64,000 nt of DNA. Source: Lama guanicoe. Its lineage: Eukaryota. The position numbers were made by a program, and so were the translations under genes. This document shows, in pieces, positions 48,349-62,000 of the stretch (position 1 is the first letter of the stretch; each line of letters begins with the position of its first letter). The stretch spans positions 7,591,007-7,655,006 of the forward strand of contig MU056134.1 of NCBI GenBank assembly GCA_013239625.1, in the 5' to 3' direction. The notes under the pieces are model-generated. The model was not told where the DNA came from and did no database searches. It saw only the letters and a list, made by a program, of their open reading frames with translations.

Positions 48349-50590
48349 CACATGCACTTTATTATTTAGCTTATAAAGAGGACTTTATTTTATTTTTTGT
48401 TTCATTTGTGGGAAATTTGGGTAGAAGAAGAAATATAATAAGAAGCTTCTAGAGATTTCGTTTCTCAACGGGGAGTGGAATGGGTTGAGGGTGGGAAGGA
48501 GAGGAGGCAGAGACACCATTGCACTTTTCGCTGCTTGAGTTGATGGGGGAGGTGGTCTGGGCACAGTGGTGATGGTGAAATGGAAAGAAATATTCCCACA
48601 GAAAGGAATGATTAAGCGCCACATGCAAGAGACAGAGGGAAGGTAGAATCATCATGAGATTCCTTAACGAAGAAATGGTAGCAACTAATCAGGTGCTGAG
48701 GCCACAAAGTGAGAATCAGACAGGGAACAAGGCTGATTGCAAATATCCCTGAAAATGCCAAAAAGGCCAAAAAGACAGAGAATTTTATTTCAACGAACCA
48801 ACTTCAGCTTTAATAACAGGGGTTTCTGGACTGGAATTGAGAACCAAACTAATTAGGGAAGGAATGACTCTGGCTTTCATCTTATTACTTAAGAAATCTC
48901 TAAGTTGATGTGGTTTTTTTCCCCTGATCAGATGGTGTTTACTCTTAACAACCATGCGCAGGTCCTTTAAGCCACCACATTGACCTCCTCCCCGTCCTGC
49001 GATGGGAGGCAGGCCTTTCCAGACACGCCAGGCCCAGGTTCCAGACAGTGGGCTTGTTTCTTCCTGCTCTATGGTCCGTGCTCTTTCTCCGGAACCTTCT
49101 CTCACCTTACCCAAGTCATTTGGACGTGACATTGGAAGTTCTTTCCATCATGATTTCCAAGCCCCTGCTGGGTGGCCTTATTTAAACACCTTTCCTGGTG
49201 TTGTCTAGAGCTAGTCTCGCCAGCCTCACGATCATAAATCAAACTCTGGTTGTGGCGCCGGGCCCAGGAGCTGGCCTACTGCAGGTGTTTAATAATTGTG
49301 TGTTGTTGAGTGAATAAACGAATGAATGAATGATGAGTGACAAAAGGGAGGAAGGTAGGAGGGCAGGAGAAATAAATGGAATAATTTTATTCTACTGATA
49401 GATTTAAGCTATAGGATACCAAAGCACGTGGGTGAGCTGGTTGATTTCTGGTAAAAGGCAGTCCCACCAACATATTTTTAGGGAAGGAAAAAAATTGAAT
49501 AAATAGTTTCAGTGAACTGGTCAATCCATTCAGTGACAACTATCCATGTTCTTTGTCAAGGAGACATGGTCTGAGCTGCTTTGACATAGAGGAGTTTGGC
49601 ACTGAAGTGGCCAACAAGTGCACATGTTGAAAGGACCCCCACTGATAAGGGGCTGATGAATTCCCGTCACATTGCAGCTGGGGGTAATGAAGTGGCCACT
49701 GACCACTTGATTGATTCACTCTCTTCCACGGCCACTGTCTCCTGATGCTGCCGCTACATCTCAGATCTTTGATCAGTTCTCTTCTCTGCCACTGCTCCCT
49801 TCTTTCCTTCTTCCTCCCCTTCCTCCCCTTCTCTGCTTACTGCTCAAATACTGACTTTTGAAACTCCTGGCTAAATATGGGATTATCTGTAGACATCTAT
49901 CTTTTACCTCCATCAAGTCCATCAAAATGATGGTGAAACGAAAAAAAAAAAAAAAGAAAACGCTTTCAAAGACAAAGAGAAGACATCAGTGGATTCAATA
50001 TTTCAATCCATTCTTGAAAGGCATGGTGTAAATGGAAGGACAGAGGAGCTGTGAGCTAAAGTGCTGGCAGAGAGAGAGTCCCATGAGTGAGCCGAGCTGG
50101 TCCACTCAACAGAATTCCTGTACTTAGGTGCCTCTTAGGCAGCTTGAAATTAGTCCCAAACTGAATTCATCATCTTTCTCCTTCTCCTCCTCTACCTTTT
50201 CCACCATCTCCATCATCACCCTTCCTCCCCTCCTCTCAGTGCATCCTCTCCTCCTGTGGTCCTTATCCCAAACAATGGCACCACTGACCACACAAACCAA
50301 AGCACAACCTCTAATGTCCATCCCTTGAAACCCATCATATAGACATCTATATGTGACACAAGTCCTTCCACAGTGCCAATACCTGTTCTTGTAACTGTTA
50401 CTCCATTGGATCACGAGCTTTTAGAAACCATTTCATTCTTGACAGTAATCTCAAAGTGGAGCACATGCTTGGCACATACTAGGCACTACATTAAAAGCTG
50501 GTAAGGAATCCCTATCTCTGGAGGATGTTTTGTACCTAGAATAGCATCGCTTGCTCTTTCTACCCCATGGAGTCAAGCAAGATGATGCCT

Positions 50591-51060
50591 TTACAATGGA
50601 ATACTACTCAGCCATAAAAAGAATAAAAATAATGCCATTTGCAGCAACATGGTTGGACCTAGAGACGTCCAGTGAAGTAAGCCAGAAAGAGAAAGAAAAA
50701 TACCATATGATATCACTTATATGTGGAATCTAAAAAAAAAAAAAGACACAAATGAACTTACTTGCAAAACAGAAATAAACTCAGACATAGAAAGCAAACT
50801 TACCATGGAGGGAAGGGGGGGAGGGATAAATTGGGAGTTTGAGATTTGCAGATACTAACTACTATATATAAAATAGATAAAACAAGTTCATACTGTACAG
50901 CACAGGGAACTATGTCAATATCTTGTAGTAACCTATGATGAAAAAGAATATGAAAAGGAATATATGTATGTACATGTATGAATGAAACATTATGCTGTAT
51001 ACCAGAAATTGACACAGCATTGCAAACCGACTAGATGTCAATTAAAAAAAAGAAAAAAAA
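50591..51060 (+). mobile_element. LINE-1 3' fragment (ORF2 C-terminus, 3' UTR, poly-A), cetartiodactyl type
   Basis: Translates as TMEYYSAIKR..IMPFAATWLDLE..SEVSQKEKEKYHMISLICGI*, typical of the L1 ORF2 end, followed by a 3' UTR and A-tail. Confidence 0.92.
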
Positions 51061-52938
51061 GTTTCAAAATTGAGTGGCAGAACAACATTGCTGCAGTATT
51101 AAACTATCCTGTGGGAGTATGTTGCATTACTCCAGTATTAATACTCTATATTATTATAATACCACTGTCTGATTCTTGTCCACTGAAGCCTGAGTGTTTT
51201 GATCCCTGTGGCATGTCTTAACCTCTTTGATGCCCATCTGCATGCCCAATCCGTGGTACGCAATGACATTTATGCTCAGGGAGGCAGGCGGTATGGGGAA
51301 TGATGGTGGTACTTGGGAGTCTGGGTTCGCGTTCCATTATCTGCCATGGCTCACCCAGTGACTTCAGGAAAGTCACAGGGACTCGTCTCTGGGACCAGGT
51401 CTTTTATCTTTAAGATGACACAGTTGGGCTAGATAACCTCTAGGACTGGGTTTCTGTAAGACCCCCACACACCTGAGCTGATCATGAAGCTCAGATTCAA
51501 CCCCATCTTCGGAGCGATCCTGTACACCAACATTGCCTCCTTCATTCAGGGAGCAAATGCGCATCGGCAAGGACGCAGGTTAGGGACCGCGGGGCTGATC
51601 TGAGGGAGCAGCCGGTGCTTTCATCCTCAGGCTCCGAACCTGGGGGGAACGTGCTTCCGAAGCAGCTGGACCCTGGCTGTGCGTCGGTTTGATCCTTACC
51701 TTGTAGCTTCTGCTGTTCTCTGTGTGTGTGTGTTTTTTTCTAGAAGGGGAAAATTACTCAAACCAGTCCAAGAGACACAGTCTTCTCTCGGAACACACAC
51801 CTGCTGATTTCAATGGTGTTTGCTGTACACGAGATTGCTTGGGGGCTGGGAGGCAAACTTTTCTTATTTCTTTATATAGAAAAAAGAAAAATTGCATTTT
51901 TGTCTTAGCATTACTTGTCTGGTTCAAGGGCTAGAGCTTTCTGGAAAATCACCAAGCCTGATTTTCCAGCCTCTGGTTAGACAGGCAGAAGGATAAAAGC
52001 AGGCCTGCCGGAGCCCTGCCTGGGTTCAAAAGACTTAGGGAGGAACACCGTGCTGCTCAGACTCTCTGCATGGCTCTGGCTCCATCGTAGACTCGGGGAG
52101 CAAGAAGAGACAGGGGACACGTCCCTAGCTGGGTACCTGTGGTGGACAAGGTGCCACCCTGGTTGCTTCACATCTCATTTGATCTTTTCAGCTATGCTTC
52201 TGGGTCTCTAAGGAGGAGGAACCTATGTCACAGATACAAGGACTGACACTTGGAGAATTAAAGTAACTTACTCAAGTTTCCACATTAAACCTGGGATTTG
52301 AATCCAGGTCTGTTTGACTCCAAAGTCGGTGCTCTTTCTGCTAGATCATTTGCTTCCCCATTCACAGTCTGGTTGCCCCTAGCAATTGTTTGGAGGCAAG
52401 TAGGGCGGTGTGTTTGCAGCGAGGAGGGGGTAAGTCAGGATAGGGGCACGCGGGGCAGCCAGTCTCTCTGAGCATACATTTTTCTCATTGGCAGGAAAGT
52501 GCTGATTCGTCATGTATCTGTTTGCCCCACTAGGATTAGAGAATCTGAGAGTCCAGGAGATGAAGAGAGAGCTGCTTCTCATCATGCTTATGGAGTTCAA
52601 CTCATGAGAACCCTGAGATGCAAGTAGAAGCAGGGTCATAGGCAGCCCAGAGACCCAAAGGAGAGCGGAGGTTGGCCTGTGAAGACAGAGACGAGATGCT
52701 CCTGCCATAAGCTGCATCTCTAGGTTTCCCCCTTCATCCACTTCTTATTCTGTGTGCTTTCTTTGGAGAATTTGTGATCACAGCTCGTGAGTGAAGTGAT
52801 GACTTCTAAACTGCAACTTCTACCAAACCTTGCTTCTGAGTTCTAGGTCTGTACGTGGGACGCCTTTTGTCCACTCCATTGGCTGTTCCCCAGCCAGCTG
52901 AAATTTGGCGTGACCAATACCGACCTCCTCATCTTTTT

Positions 52939-53107
52939 TTTTTTTTTGCATCGTCCAAATTTATTTAATTTATTTTTTTAACATTTTTTATTGATTTATA
53001 ATCATTTTACAATGTTGTGTCAAATTCCAGTGTTCAGCACAATTTTTCAGTCATTCATGGACATATACACACCCATTGTCACATTTTTTTCTCTGTGAGT
53101 TATCATA
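52939..53107 (-). mobile_element. Young, extremely 5'-truncated LINE-1 3' end with perfect 16-bp TSD, inserted in older L2-like sequence
   Basis: ACCTCCTCATCTTTTT at 52923-52938 and 53108-53123. A poly-T tract is followed by the L1 3' terminus (ttttattgatttataatcattttacaatgttgtgtcaaattccagtg). Confidence 0.85.
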
Positions 53108-55954
53108 ACCTCCTCATCTTTTTCTCCCAAACACTTTCCTCTTAAGTTTCTCACCCCAGCAAATGGCTTCACCATCCACCAGAAACTTAGGTGAAATACA
53201 CGACTTCTTCCTCCTCTTATCCTCAGGTCTTGTTGATCCAAACTCCAACATCTCTCAGATCAACCCATTTCTCTCCCCCATCTCCATCCTCACTAATGTT
53301 TTGAAGTCTCCCATCATCTGGAATCCTGAGTCACTCTCCTTTCTGGTCTCTATTCTGCCAACTCCCATATGTTTCCCATGCTGCTGCCAAGTCAGACCAT
53401 TTCACTAGTCTTCTCTAGACCCTTTGGGGATCCCCTTGGCCTTCAGGATAAAGCTCAAACCCTGCAGTGGTCTTTGGGACAGCTGTCAAGCACAGAGCAG
53501 GTAGCAGAGGGTGATGCATAAGAACCTAGGTTTGACTATCAACTCTGTAACGTACTGCACATGTGACGTTGGGGGAGACACACAATCTCTCCTACTGTTT
53601 CCTTCTCTTTAATGTGGAGCTAATGTCACTGACATTGTCGATTTTCATGAGAATGGAAACCAGTGAGGGTCCTTAGGGAACCTGCTAAACCAGTGCCTGG
53701 TAAGTAATGGCCTTGAATGGCAGCTGTCCTTAAAGGGTAACATTCCAAACCGTGTTGCCAATGGGAACTTTAATTGTGTTACATAGGAAGTGTCCCTGTG
53801 TTCAGGTTTCCACCTAGTGGGGGAATTCCATTTCATCATGGGTTCCAAGGGAGGAAGTGGCTTTTCTGCCAAATGTAGTATATTGTGTCTTTCCCAATGT
53901 ACAGTAGAGAAAAAAATCATGGAACCCACTCATGAAACAACATGCAAAGGACCAAATGCAAAAAAAGAAAAAGGCAGTTAGCAGTAAACAACCCAGATAC
54001 AAAGAAAACCCTACAAAAAACAAACAAAAAAACCCCAGACAAAACAGACAAAAAATGGCAGACATCAGTTTAAAAAAAATAAACCCAGATACAAAAAAAA
54101 ACTTAGATCAGCAAAATTAAGGGCAGCAGGACCACCTAGCCACCCTGTGAACCAGCAGAGCAGTGAGCAGCAAGGAGGGAAGTAAAGATATCCTTAAAGA
54201 TCACTGAGAAGGAACCAGTGAAGAATGGGAGGCAAAATTCTCAGGATTTTCCATTATTGGTAGAAAAGGACCCACGTCTGCCGGGGCAGTGTGTCATGAG
54301 AGCAGCCCTGCACGCTCGTGGAAGAGTCCCAGAAGAACTCAACATGTTTCCTTAACCACAGGGGTTAAGAGTTATCCATACTCCTTAGAGTTACCGCTGG
54401 TTCTCTCATCATCATTAGGTCTGGTACCATAATCCACCAGGTGGCTTATTGTATCTAATTATGCCCAATAAATGTATATCTTTTTCATCACACCAGTGTA
54501 GACTTCACCATTCTCAACAAATCCCTGGGTTGTTCTTTACAAAGCCCAGAGCTAAAATCCCTGCTGGTTATTGTGACAGGTGGACACTCGGATGGGGTGG
54601 AGGGGTTCCCTATGTGACATGTGTTAAGAAATCCCTGCTCTGTGAAGCTGATGGAATCTCTGCTCTCACATTTTCTCTCTTGCCCTTGCCCATCCCACAT
54701 GCTCTTTGAAGTGTTCCAATTGTGTCCTGAATGGAGAAAGAGAGATTTGTCTCTATCTGGGTCAGAATAGCTAAGAGGGAGAGTGGCGTCCTGAGAAGCC
54801 ACGTGGGGATGGTGGCGGAGACTGCTCTGGTCCAGGAGACTCCATGGAGGGATGGCTGGTGGGACCCGGACAAACAGAAGGTAAGGACAGCTGTCATGGG
54901 TGACCCCTCCCTGCGGGGAGTGCTCTACAGAGGATGTGTTAGTCTTTGTGGGTTATTCAGGGTTTACGTCACCTGTGGTTATTTGTGATTGTCAACGTCA
55001 TGTTCAGGAAAAGCAACGGGGTGTAAAACTAGAGAGACGCTGCCCTGGCTCTGCAGCTCCTCTCTCTTCTAAGCCGTCATGACCTTGGGCCATGTGGCCA
55101 CTCAGACCCTCAGTTTCTTCCTTGAAACCTTGTTGAGAGGCTGCCGTGAGGATTCAGGGAGCCGGCGCAGGAAGCCTTCAGCAGCGTCTTGGACACAATG
55201 GTGTTAAATTCCTTCTTCTTCCTTTCCCTTTCCTTCCGTGCCAGACCGTGTAGGGGGGACGCTCTGCATGGTGTTATCGTAGTCTGTGGAGCTTTCCCAA
55301 GGGCACAATTCCTTCTTGGATGAGCAGGCATTTTTCTAGGAACGTGGACTTTCTGAAACATGGATGCCAACATGGGAACCCACAGGTCTGCCCTCAGGTA
55401 GACAGGGAGGTGGTAAGACGCCCATCACTGGATACGGATGAATTTCTAGTATTCAGTTCTGAAATATTCTCACTGAAATCTGCCCTTCTGGAAAGGGCTG
55501 GGAAGGCGGGGGTTTATTACGTAACGTGGGTTTGATGTTCAGATTTGCACATTGAGTTTTCATTACCGGGCCTCATAAAAAAGCAGAGGAGCTCAGTGGA
55601 AAAGATTAAAAAAAAATTTTTTTTTTAAAAAGATAGACAAGTCAGGGGGTCTGACACATTCTCCACTCTGTGGTTCTTAAGGACAAAGATAAATGGGAAA
55701 AAAAGATTCTATTTTTATGCTTTGAAAAAGCACTTACTTTAGGTCAGGAAAATAGCCAGTCCAGGTGTTTAGTCTCGTCAACAAAGCTTGGACCAGATTT
55801 TTTTTTTTTTTTTTTTTATTAACTAGGGTCGCTGACAGGGTAGGAAGATGGGGAGGTCATGTGAGACATACAAGCTTGCCTGGTCACAGAGGGATTAAGA
55901 AAACTGGACCTCTTTCAGCTGAGGGAAAAGTAAACAGGCTTCGATATCAAAGGG

Positions 55955-56140
55955 ACTTCAATTCAAATCTCATTTCTACTCCTTACTGTGTGTGTGACCC
56001 TGGGCAAATCATTTAAGTGCTCTGGGCCTCAGTTTCCCCATCTGTATAATGGGGGCAATAGTAACTACCTTGCATGTTAGACTGATTAAATGTGAGACGG
56101 TAGGTAACCACGCAGGGTCTGATAACTAGTGGGCACTAAA
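55955..56140 (+). mobile_element. MIR SINE
   Basis: gtgtgaccctgggcaaatcatttaagtgctctgggcctcagtttccccatctgtataatgggg. Many further MIR fragments elsewhere in the window are not listed individually. Confidence 0.75.
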
Positions 56141-58198
56141 CGCAAGATTAGACAAGTGTATGGGGCACACACCAAACACATGCGGTGTCATAAGGAAGAG
56201 CAACATCGCTACCTGGGAGAACCCTGCCAGTGGCACCTGGGGAGGGAGGAACTGCGGGGCTCCCCACCACAGCCGTGATTCTGAGATTCATTCAGAGTAA
56301 AGGCCAGAAGAAAAACCAGGTAAGTAGAAAGAACACTTTGTGTTGTTCCTCTTAAATATTTTCCATGTGTATACCAAAACGCTTTGAGGGATCTTAAAAC
56401 AAAGCATATGGATACAAAAAAATAGAAACATTTTTAAAAGCGTATAAACGATTGGGAAAGCAAATACGGTAATTCCCTTGGCTGATATAGTTAACTGAGT
56501 TAAAGGATGGAGTCTGGAGCTTCTGGGTCAACAAGCCAAGAGGAGAAAGGAATGGATTCAGTGGTCCTCTGGGAGAGGACATGATCTTGCTGTTAAAAGG
56601 AGGAAATGTTTCCTTAGCAATCCCTTCCCCTTCCAATCCATCACAAATCCCTAAGACGTTTATGACACTGAACTTCATACTTGCTACATGGAGCAACAGA
56701 AGGCGTGCCGTCTCCACCACGACCTTCCTGCAGCAATTTGGCCTTCATCATCCTGACCCCTTGATGAAGGAAGCCAATCAGGGAAACAAATCATGGTGGG
56801 GTTACTGGCTTTGACATTGAGTAGACTTGGGTTCAAACCCCAGGTCAATCACTTTCTAATTGTGTGACCCTGTGAATTGACTGACCTTCACCGAGTCTCA
56901 CTTCCCTCCCCTCCCGTAGCATCGTGTCCCCCGAGCAAGCAGACAGGTGTACCACACCCAGCTTGGTGTCTGGCGCAGAGCAGGTGCTGCATAAGTCAGA
57001 TCAGTTTTCTTCCCCTTCCTTTTCCCAGATTATAACCCAGCGTGGGTTTCCCTGGGAGCATCCAAGCTAAAGAGCTACTTTACTCTCAGGCCTTCCTGTG
57101 GCATTCTTTCCAGCCCTCCACTGGCACCAGAGAGATGGTTCTAAATTGCAGACCTAGGGTTCCATTAGGAACCTCCCTGCTTAGCGGGTTCTGGAGTCCC
57201 TTCACTGTCTGCCCATCAGTAGATTCCTCAGCCACCTTCACAGCTCCTCACCCCGCGGCCTCTGCTGTCTCCAGCTGCCGTCTCCAATAAGTCCTCTTAA
57301 GTTCCAGGCATCTTAAACTCTTGACCCGTCCCGGAATCCATAACGCCGTTGCACCAGCTCCCCCTCTGCCTGGAGCATCCTTTTCCCCACCTCCTGGTCA
57401 GCTTGGCACACAAACATTCTTCACGATTGTTCCAACAGTGCCTTTTCTATCAGGACATCTGTCGCTACTGAGTTAGTCTCTCTCTGTCTCTGGATGCCCC
57501 TGGTGACTCTTTTAAACACTCTTGCAATATTCCTTCTCTCTTTATTTTGCTAGAGTGTGGACTCTGTGAGGCCAGAGATGGTGCCTTTTCTTTAGTCACG
57601 TGAACATTTCCTTTCATGCCTAACTCGGAGTTGGTTTGTATTGACCGCTGGTTGAGGCCCACTGTCCCTTACCCACCTGGCTGACTTCACCTCTGCAACT
57701 CTAACCGCCACTTTGGTTCATGCGGGACCTTTTCCATCTCATGAAGCAAGAATCTCTTCTCCTTCACCTCAGTATCTTTCGTGCTTATTACCTGCCCTTT
57801 GTGGGGAAATAAATGCTGTACATTCTGAGTGAATGAATAAGTGAAAAACCTCTGGACCTGACATCACCATCTCTTCAAATGAGGGGTGGAGATTGGGATT
57901 CACCTTGACACGGTAACATATTTTCATTTCAGGTGCATCTCATTAAACACAGGTCTCTGAAATTACAATTTAGGCGGGGATTAGGTGTTAATATGAGGTA
58001 TAAGGTGAAAATCAAGCAAATAAAAGTCATCCTTGAGAATATCTCAAGAAGGTACCCCACCGGAAGCACTATTTCTCAAGTCTAGCTTAATCAATTTCGC
58101 TTCTAAACACGAAAGGGTAATTTTCTTTAATGGAACCCTAGAAATAAGTAATTAGCTTGTGTTTAGGGGTCATGTTGAATCAAAAATAGGTATCATTA

Positions 58199-59026
58199 TG
58201 CTCAACATGCATCAGAGCAATGTAAATCAAAACTACAGTGAGGTATCCTCACACTGGTCAGAATGGCCATCATCAGAATGTCTACAAATAATAAATGCTA
58301 AAGAGGGTGGGGAGAAAAGAGAACCCTCCTACACTGTTGGTTGGAATGTAAATCAGTACAACCGCCATGGAAAACAGTACAGAGATTCCTTAAAAAACTA
58401 AAAATAGAGTTCCCATATGTTCCAGCAATCCTACTCCTGGGCATATAACCAGAGAAAACTATAATTTGAAATGATACATGCACCCCAATGTTCATAGCAG
58501 CACTATTTACAATAGCCAAGACATGGAAACAACCTCAATGTCCATCGACAGATGNNNNNNNNNNNNNNNNNNNNNNNNNNNNNNNNNNNNNNNNNNNNNN
58601 NNNNNNNNNNNNNNNNNNNNNNNNNNNNNNNNNNNNNNNNNNNNNNNNNNNNNNNNNNNNNNNNNNNNNNNNNNNNNNNNNNNNNNNNNNNNNNNNNNAT
58701 CATACGATATCACTTATAGGTGGCATCTTAAAAAAATGATACAAATTAACTTATTTACCAAACAGAAACTGACTCACAGACAGAGAAAACAAACTTACGG
58801 TTACCAAAGGGAAAAAGAGGGGTGTAGGGATAAATTAGGGGTTTGGGATTACCAAATACAAGCTACTATACATATAAAATAGATAAACAACAAGGTCCTA
58901 CTATATAGCACAGGGAACTATATTCAGTATCTTGTAATAAACTATAATGGAAAAGAATCTGAAGGAGAATATATATAATATGAATCAGTATGCTATACAC
59001 CAGAAACTAAATGCCAGTATAAAAAG
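58199..59026 (+). mobile_element. 5'-truncated LINE-1 (ORF2 C-terminus and 3' UTR) with 17-bp TSD; contains an N-gap
   Basis: ORF2 remnants ([22 protein letters not shown]). TSD AAAAATAGGTATCATTA (58182-58198) vs AAAAATATGTATCATTA (59027-59043). Confidence 0.93.
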
Positions 59027-62000
59027 AAAAATATGTATCATTAGACAACAGACTAGATGGATTGGGAGCCCAGAGGGAGGGCTCCTGCGAGGACAGGTGG
59101 TGAGGGCAGGGCCCGGAGGACAATGAATGGATGGAGGCGGAGTCTTTGGGGCCCAGGTGGCCAGAAAAGACTCACACTGCACGAGTCAAGGTATAGACAC
59201 CAAGATGGAGTCTGAGGATGAAGACAGAAATGGGTTGGGGATCTGGGAGCCAACGCAGGGAGACAGCCTGGGTCCAAAGGAAAAGGATGGAGGCCCTTAG
59301 AAGGGATGACTAGATGTCAGAACAGATTCCAAAGGCAGAAGGCAGGGAGGCAGGAAGAGGGGACTGGGCTCCACAAGGTGCCGTGTGACAACCAAAGACG
59401 ATGCTCTGAGAGGGAGGGCTGGTGTGGCTGCAGCCACCTTGCGTTCGTGGACTCCCCACAGTGCGGGAGGGGTGCGGGAGGGGGGGCTGTTGGTGCTGCC
59501 ATGCTCTTGATTTTCAGATTTTCATCAAGAATGAACACTTTTGTTATAAAATTCAAATTTCAACGTCGAAGTATGTAAAATAAAAATGAAGTATAGACAA
59601 TAAAAATAAAATAACAAACTAGCATTCATTGACAGTTTTATATCCTCCTACACACATTTTAAGCGCACGGACTCAAACACACACAAACATTCACACAGTG
59701 TGGTTTCCTATGATTAAAAATGCTACTGTTACCCACAGCATGTGATGGGTTATTCTTTTTCTCACTCAGTAATAGATCATGGCAACTTTTTGCATCCCTG
59801 GTTTTTGCACCTGCTATTTCTCCAAGTGAAGAAGGCTCATAAAATACCAGACAACGGGAGACTCTAAAGACCAAATCTTGATATTCTAAGAAAGCTTTTC
59901 TTCCATCCTACTCAATCTGTTAGCCCCAGTGAACTTGAAATTAAAGATTTATGTTACTAATTATTAGTTTTTAAATAAAATCTTAAGGGCAAAGCTTTGC
60001 TGGAAATAGACATGGTAATTGTGTTTACTGATCGTCGCTCCTCCGGAACAGCGACTCAACGGTATAAAACATCAGTAATTAGAACAATAAGCCCAGGTTA
60101 ATTAAAACACTGGGTAACATTTGGGCAGGAATAAAATCCACGTTGGAGATTTTCCAGGCGCACACTCACTTTGTAGGCACTTAATTCACCCCGGGAGCTG
60201 GTGCTGACAAGGTAAGACGCTCGGTGCTAATCAGCGCTGGCCCACCTTTGATCATGCCCCGCGCATTTCTCTCCTCCGGCTCCAGGACCAGCTTCAGAGA
60301 GCTGAGTCCAGCCACTGGGAGAACAGCACTGTGGTTGCTCGGGCCTAATCTTGGGTCCCATTCTTGTGTTATTACCATCCATGCCACTTGCCTTAATGGT
60401 TACAGGCTGGCTAATTAAAGTCATTAATCAAGTCCCCAAGAAGTCTGGATGCTGTCTGGAGCTTCTGCTGCCTCGGTCCTCTGTCTAGTGCTGGAGGCCT
60501 GCTTCCCTTGGGATGCTGTGGTCCCCACGCCTGGTCAGAGGATTGACCGTGCTGTGAATTGTTCCTCCGGCTGCAACCAGGGAGCCACGTGAGCTCTGAT
60601 GGAGGGACTTACAGGTCAACCCTCTAACGTGCTCTCCGGGGCAACCTCTGCCCCAGGCTGGGTGAGTGGGAGGTCCTCTGTCACCCTTCACTGACCACAG
60701 GGCATTGCCAAGATTCCCGTATCTGCCTTTGAGCTCCATGAGCCCAGACGTGTGTTTTTCTGTTATGTACTTTCAGAGCTTTGTCCAAGGCCAGCAGATA
60801 GGGGGCACCCAATAAAAGTACCCCTCACCCCCTCTGCAGTTCCCCTCTACCCCGTGGCTTTGGCTTAGAAGGAGAAGTAATTCAACAGTTATTTCTGGAG
60901 GGCTCCCTTTGGACCGGGGACTGCTCTGGGCGCTTTGAGGAATCAGAGATGAATGAAAAAGACACGGCTCTCGGATGTAAGGAGTTTAGAAGTTAGTGGG
61001 GCGATCAAACACATTTACAGGTGGCTGCAAGACATGAATCCTGTAAGACAAGGTCAAAGAAGGTGCCAGGAGTTGTCAGAGCCAGAGAAGAACACTGCCA
61101 GCTAGGGAGATCTGAAAGGGCTTCGTGGAGGAGGTGGCATTTTGGCTAGGCTTTTGATAAAACAGATTTGGATGAACAGAGATGCGCGTGCGCTCTGTGT
61201 GTATCTATATACGAGCTTGTGGGTGGGGCTACGAGAAGATACTGAGATGCTTCCAGGGAATGAAATCTCCAGCATAAACAAAGGCACAGGTCGCTTCCAT
61301 GCAGCCACACATTCATCACAGAGATAATACACTTGGGGCCGCAGCTGGCAGCCCCCGGGCGTGCCCTGAGTTAGGACAGACCTTTGCAACGTTGTGGGTT
61401 GGGTGAATTGGGAATTTAGCATTCCCTTGCTGCCCTCCTCCTTCCCTTCCAGAGCACGCTCCCTCCTTCCCTTCCCATTTCCAGACATGCTTTCTAGGTA
61501 CCTGGCCCTTCCTGCCTTCCCATCTCCTTTCTTTACAACGCCCATTCTCAGGAAGAGATCCAACACCCTCTGCTCATATGTAAGTTCGGGTTCCAGGCTG
61601 TCCGTTATCACTTAGTCTGCCTTAGCTGGGGACTGACTTCACCTACGGCAGCGCTGTGAGGATATGGTACCCAAATAAGGTCCTGATGTGCACTCAGCTT
61701 TCCTCCGCTCCGGGAGCTGAACTGCTGCCCTACCTCATTTGGCCGACACATCACAATTGCAAAGCCAAGCAGTTTTCTAGAGGAGAAGCTCCCTCAGTTT
61801 CTGCCCATTGGGCAAATGGGTTTTATTTCTCATTCCTTTAATTAGTGGAGTAAATAAACAGAGTAGGATGCCTTGCTAATATCAAACTTGTTTTATTTTC
61901 CTTCGCTGCTCTGGTGAGCGTCCCTTTGATCATCATCTGCAAGGCAAGTCACCACGGAGGCCCTGGAGGGGCTCCTCGGGGGGCCGCCGTGTGTAAGGCA

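Larger units (their letters stand above)
23144..58698. other. Six assembly gaps (N runs): 23144-23299, 26984-27123, 33400-33571, 33894-34097, 40911-41041, 58555-58698
   Basis: Read directly; lengths 156, 140, 172, 204, 131 and 144 nt. Confidence 0.99.

Noticed and set aside
50551-50733. Short ORFs with L1 ORF2 similarity (also 58159-58882)
   Set aside because: Truncated, frameshifted retroelement remnants, not host genes.
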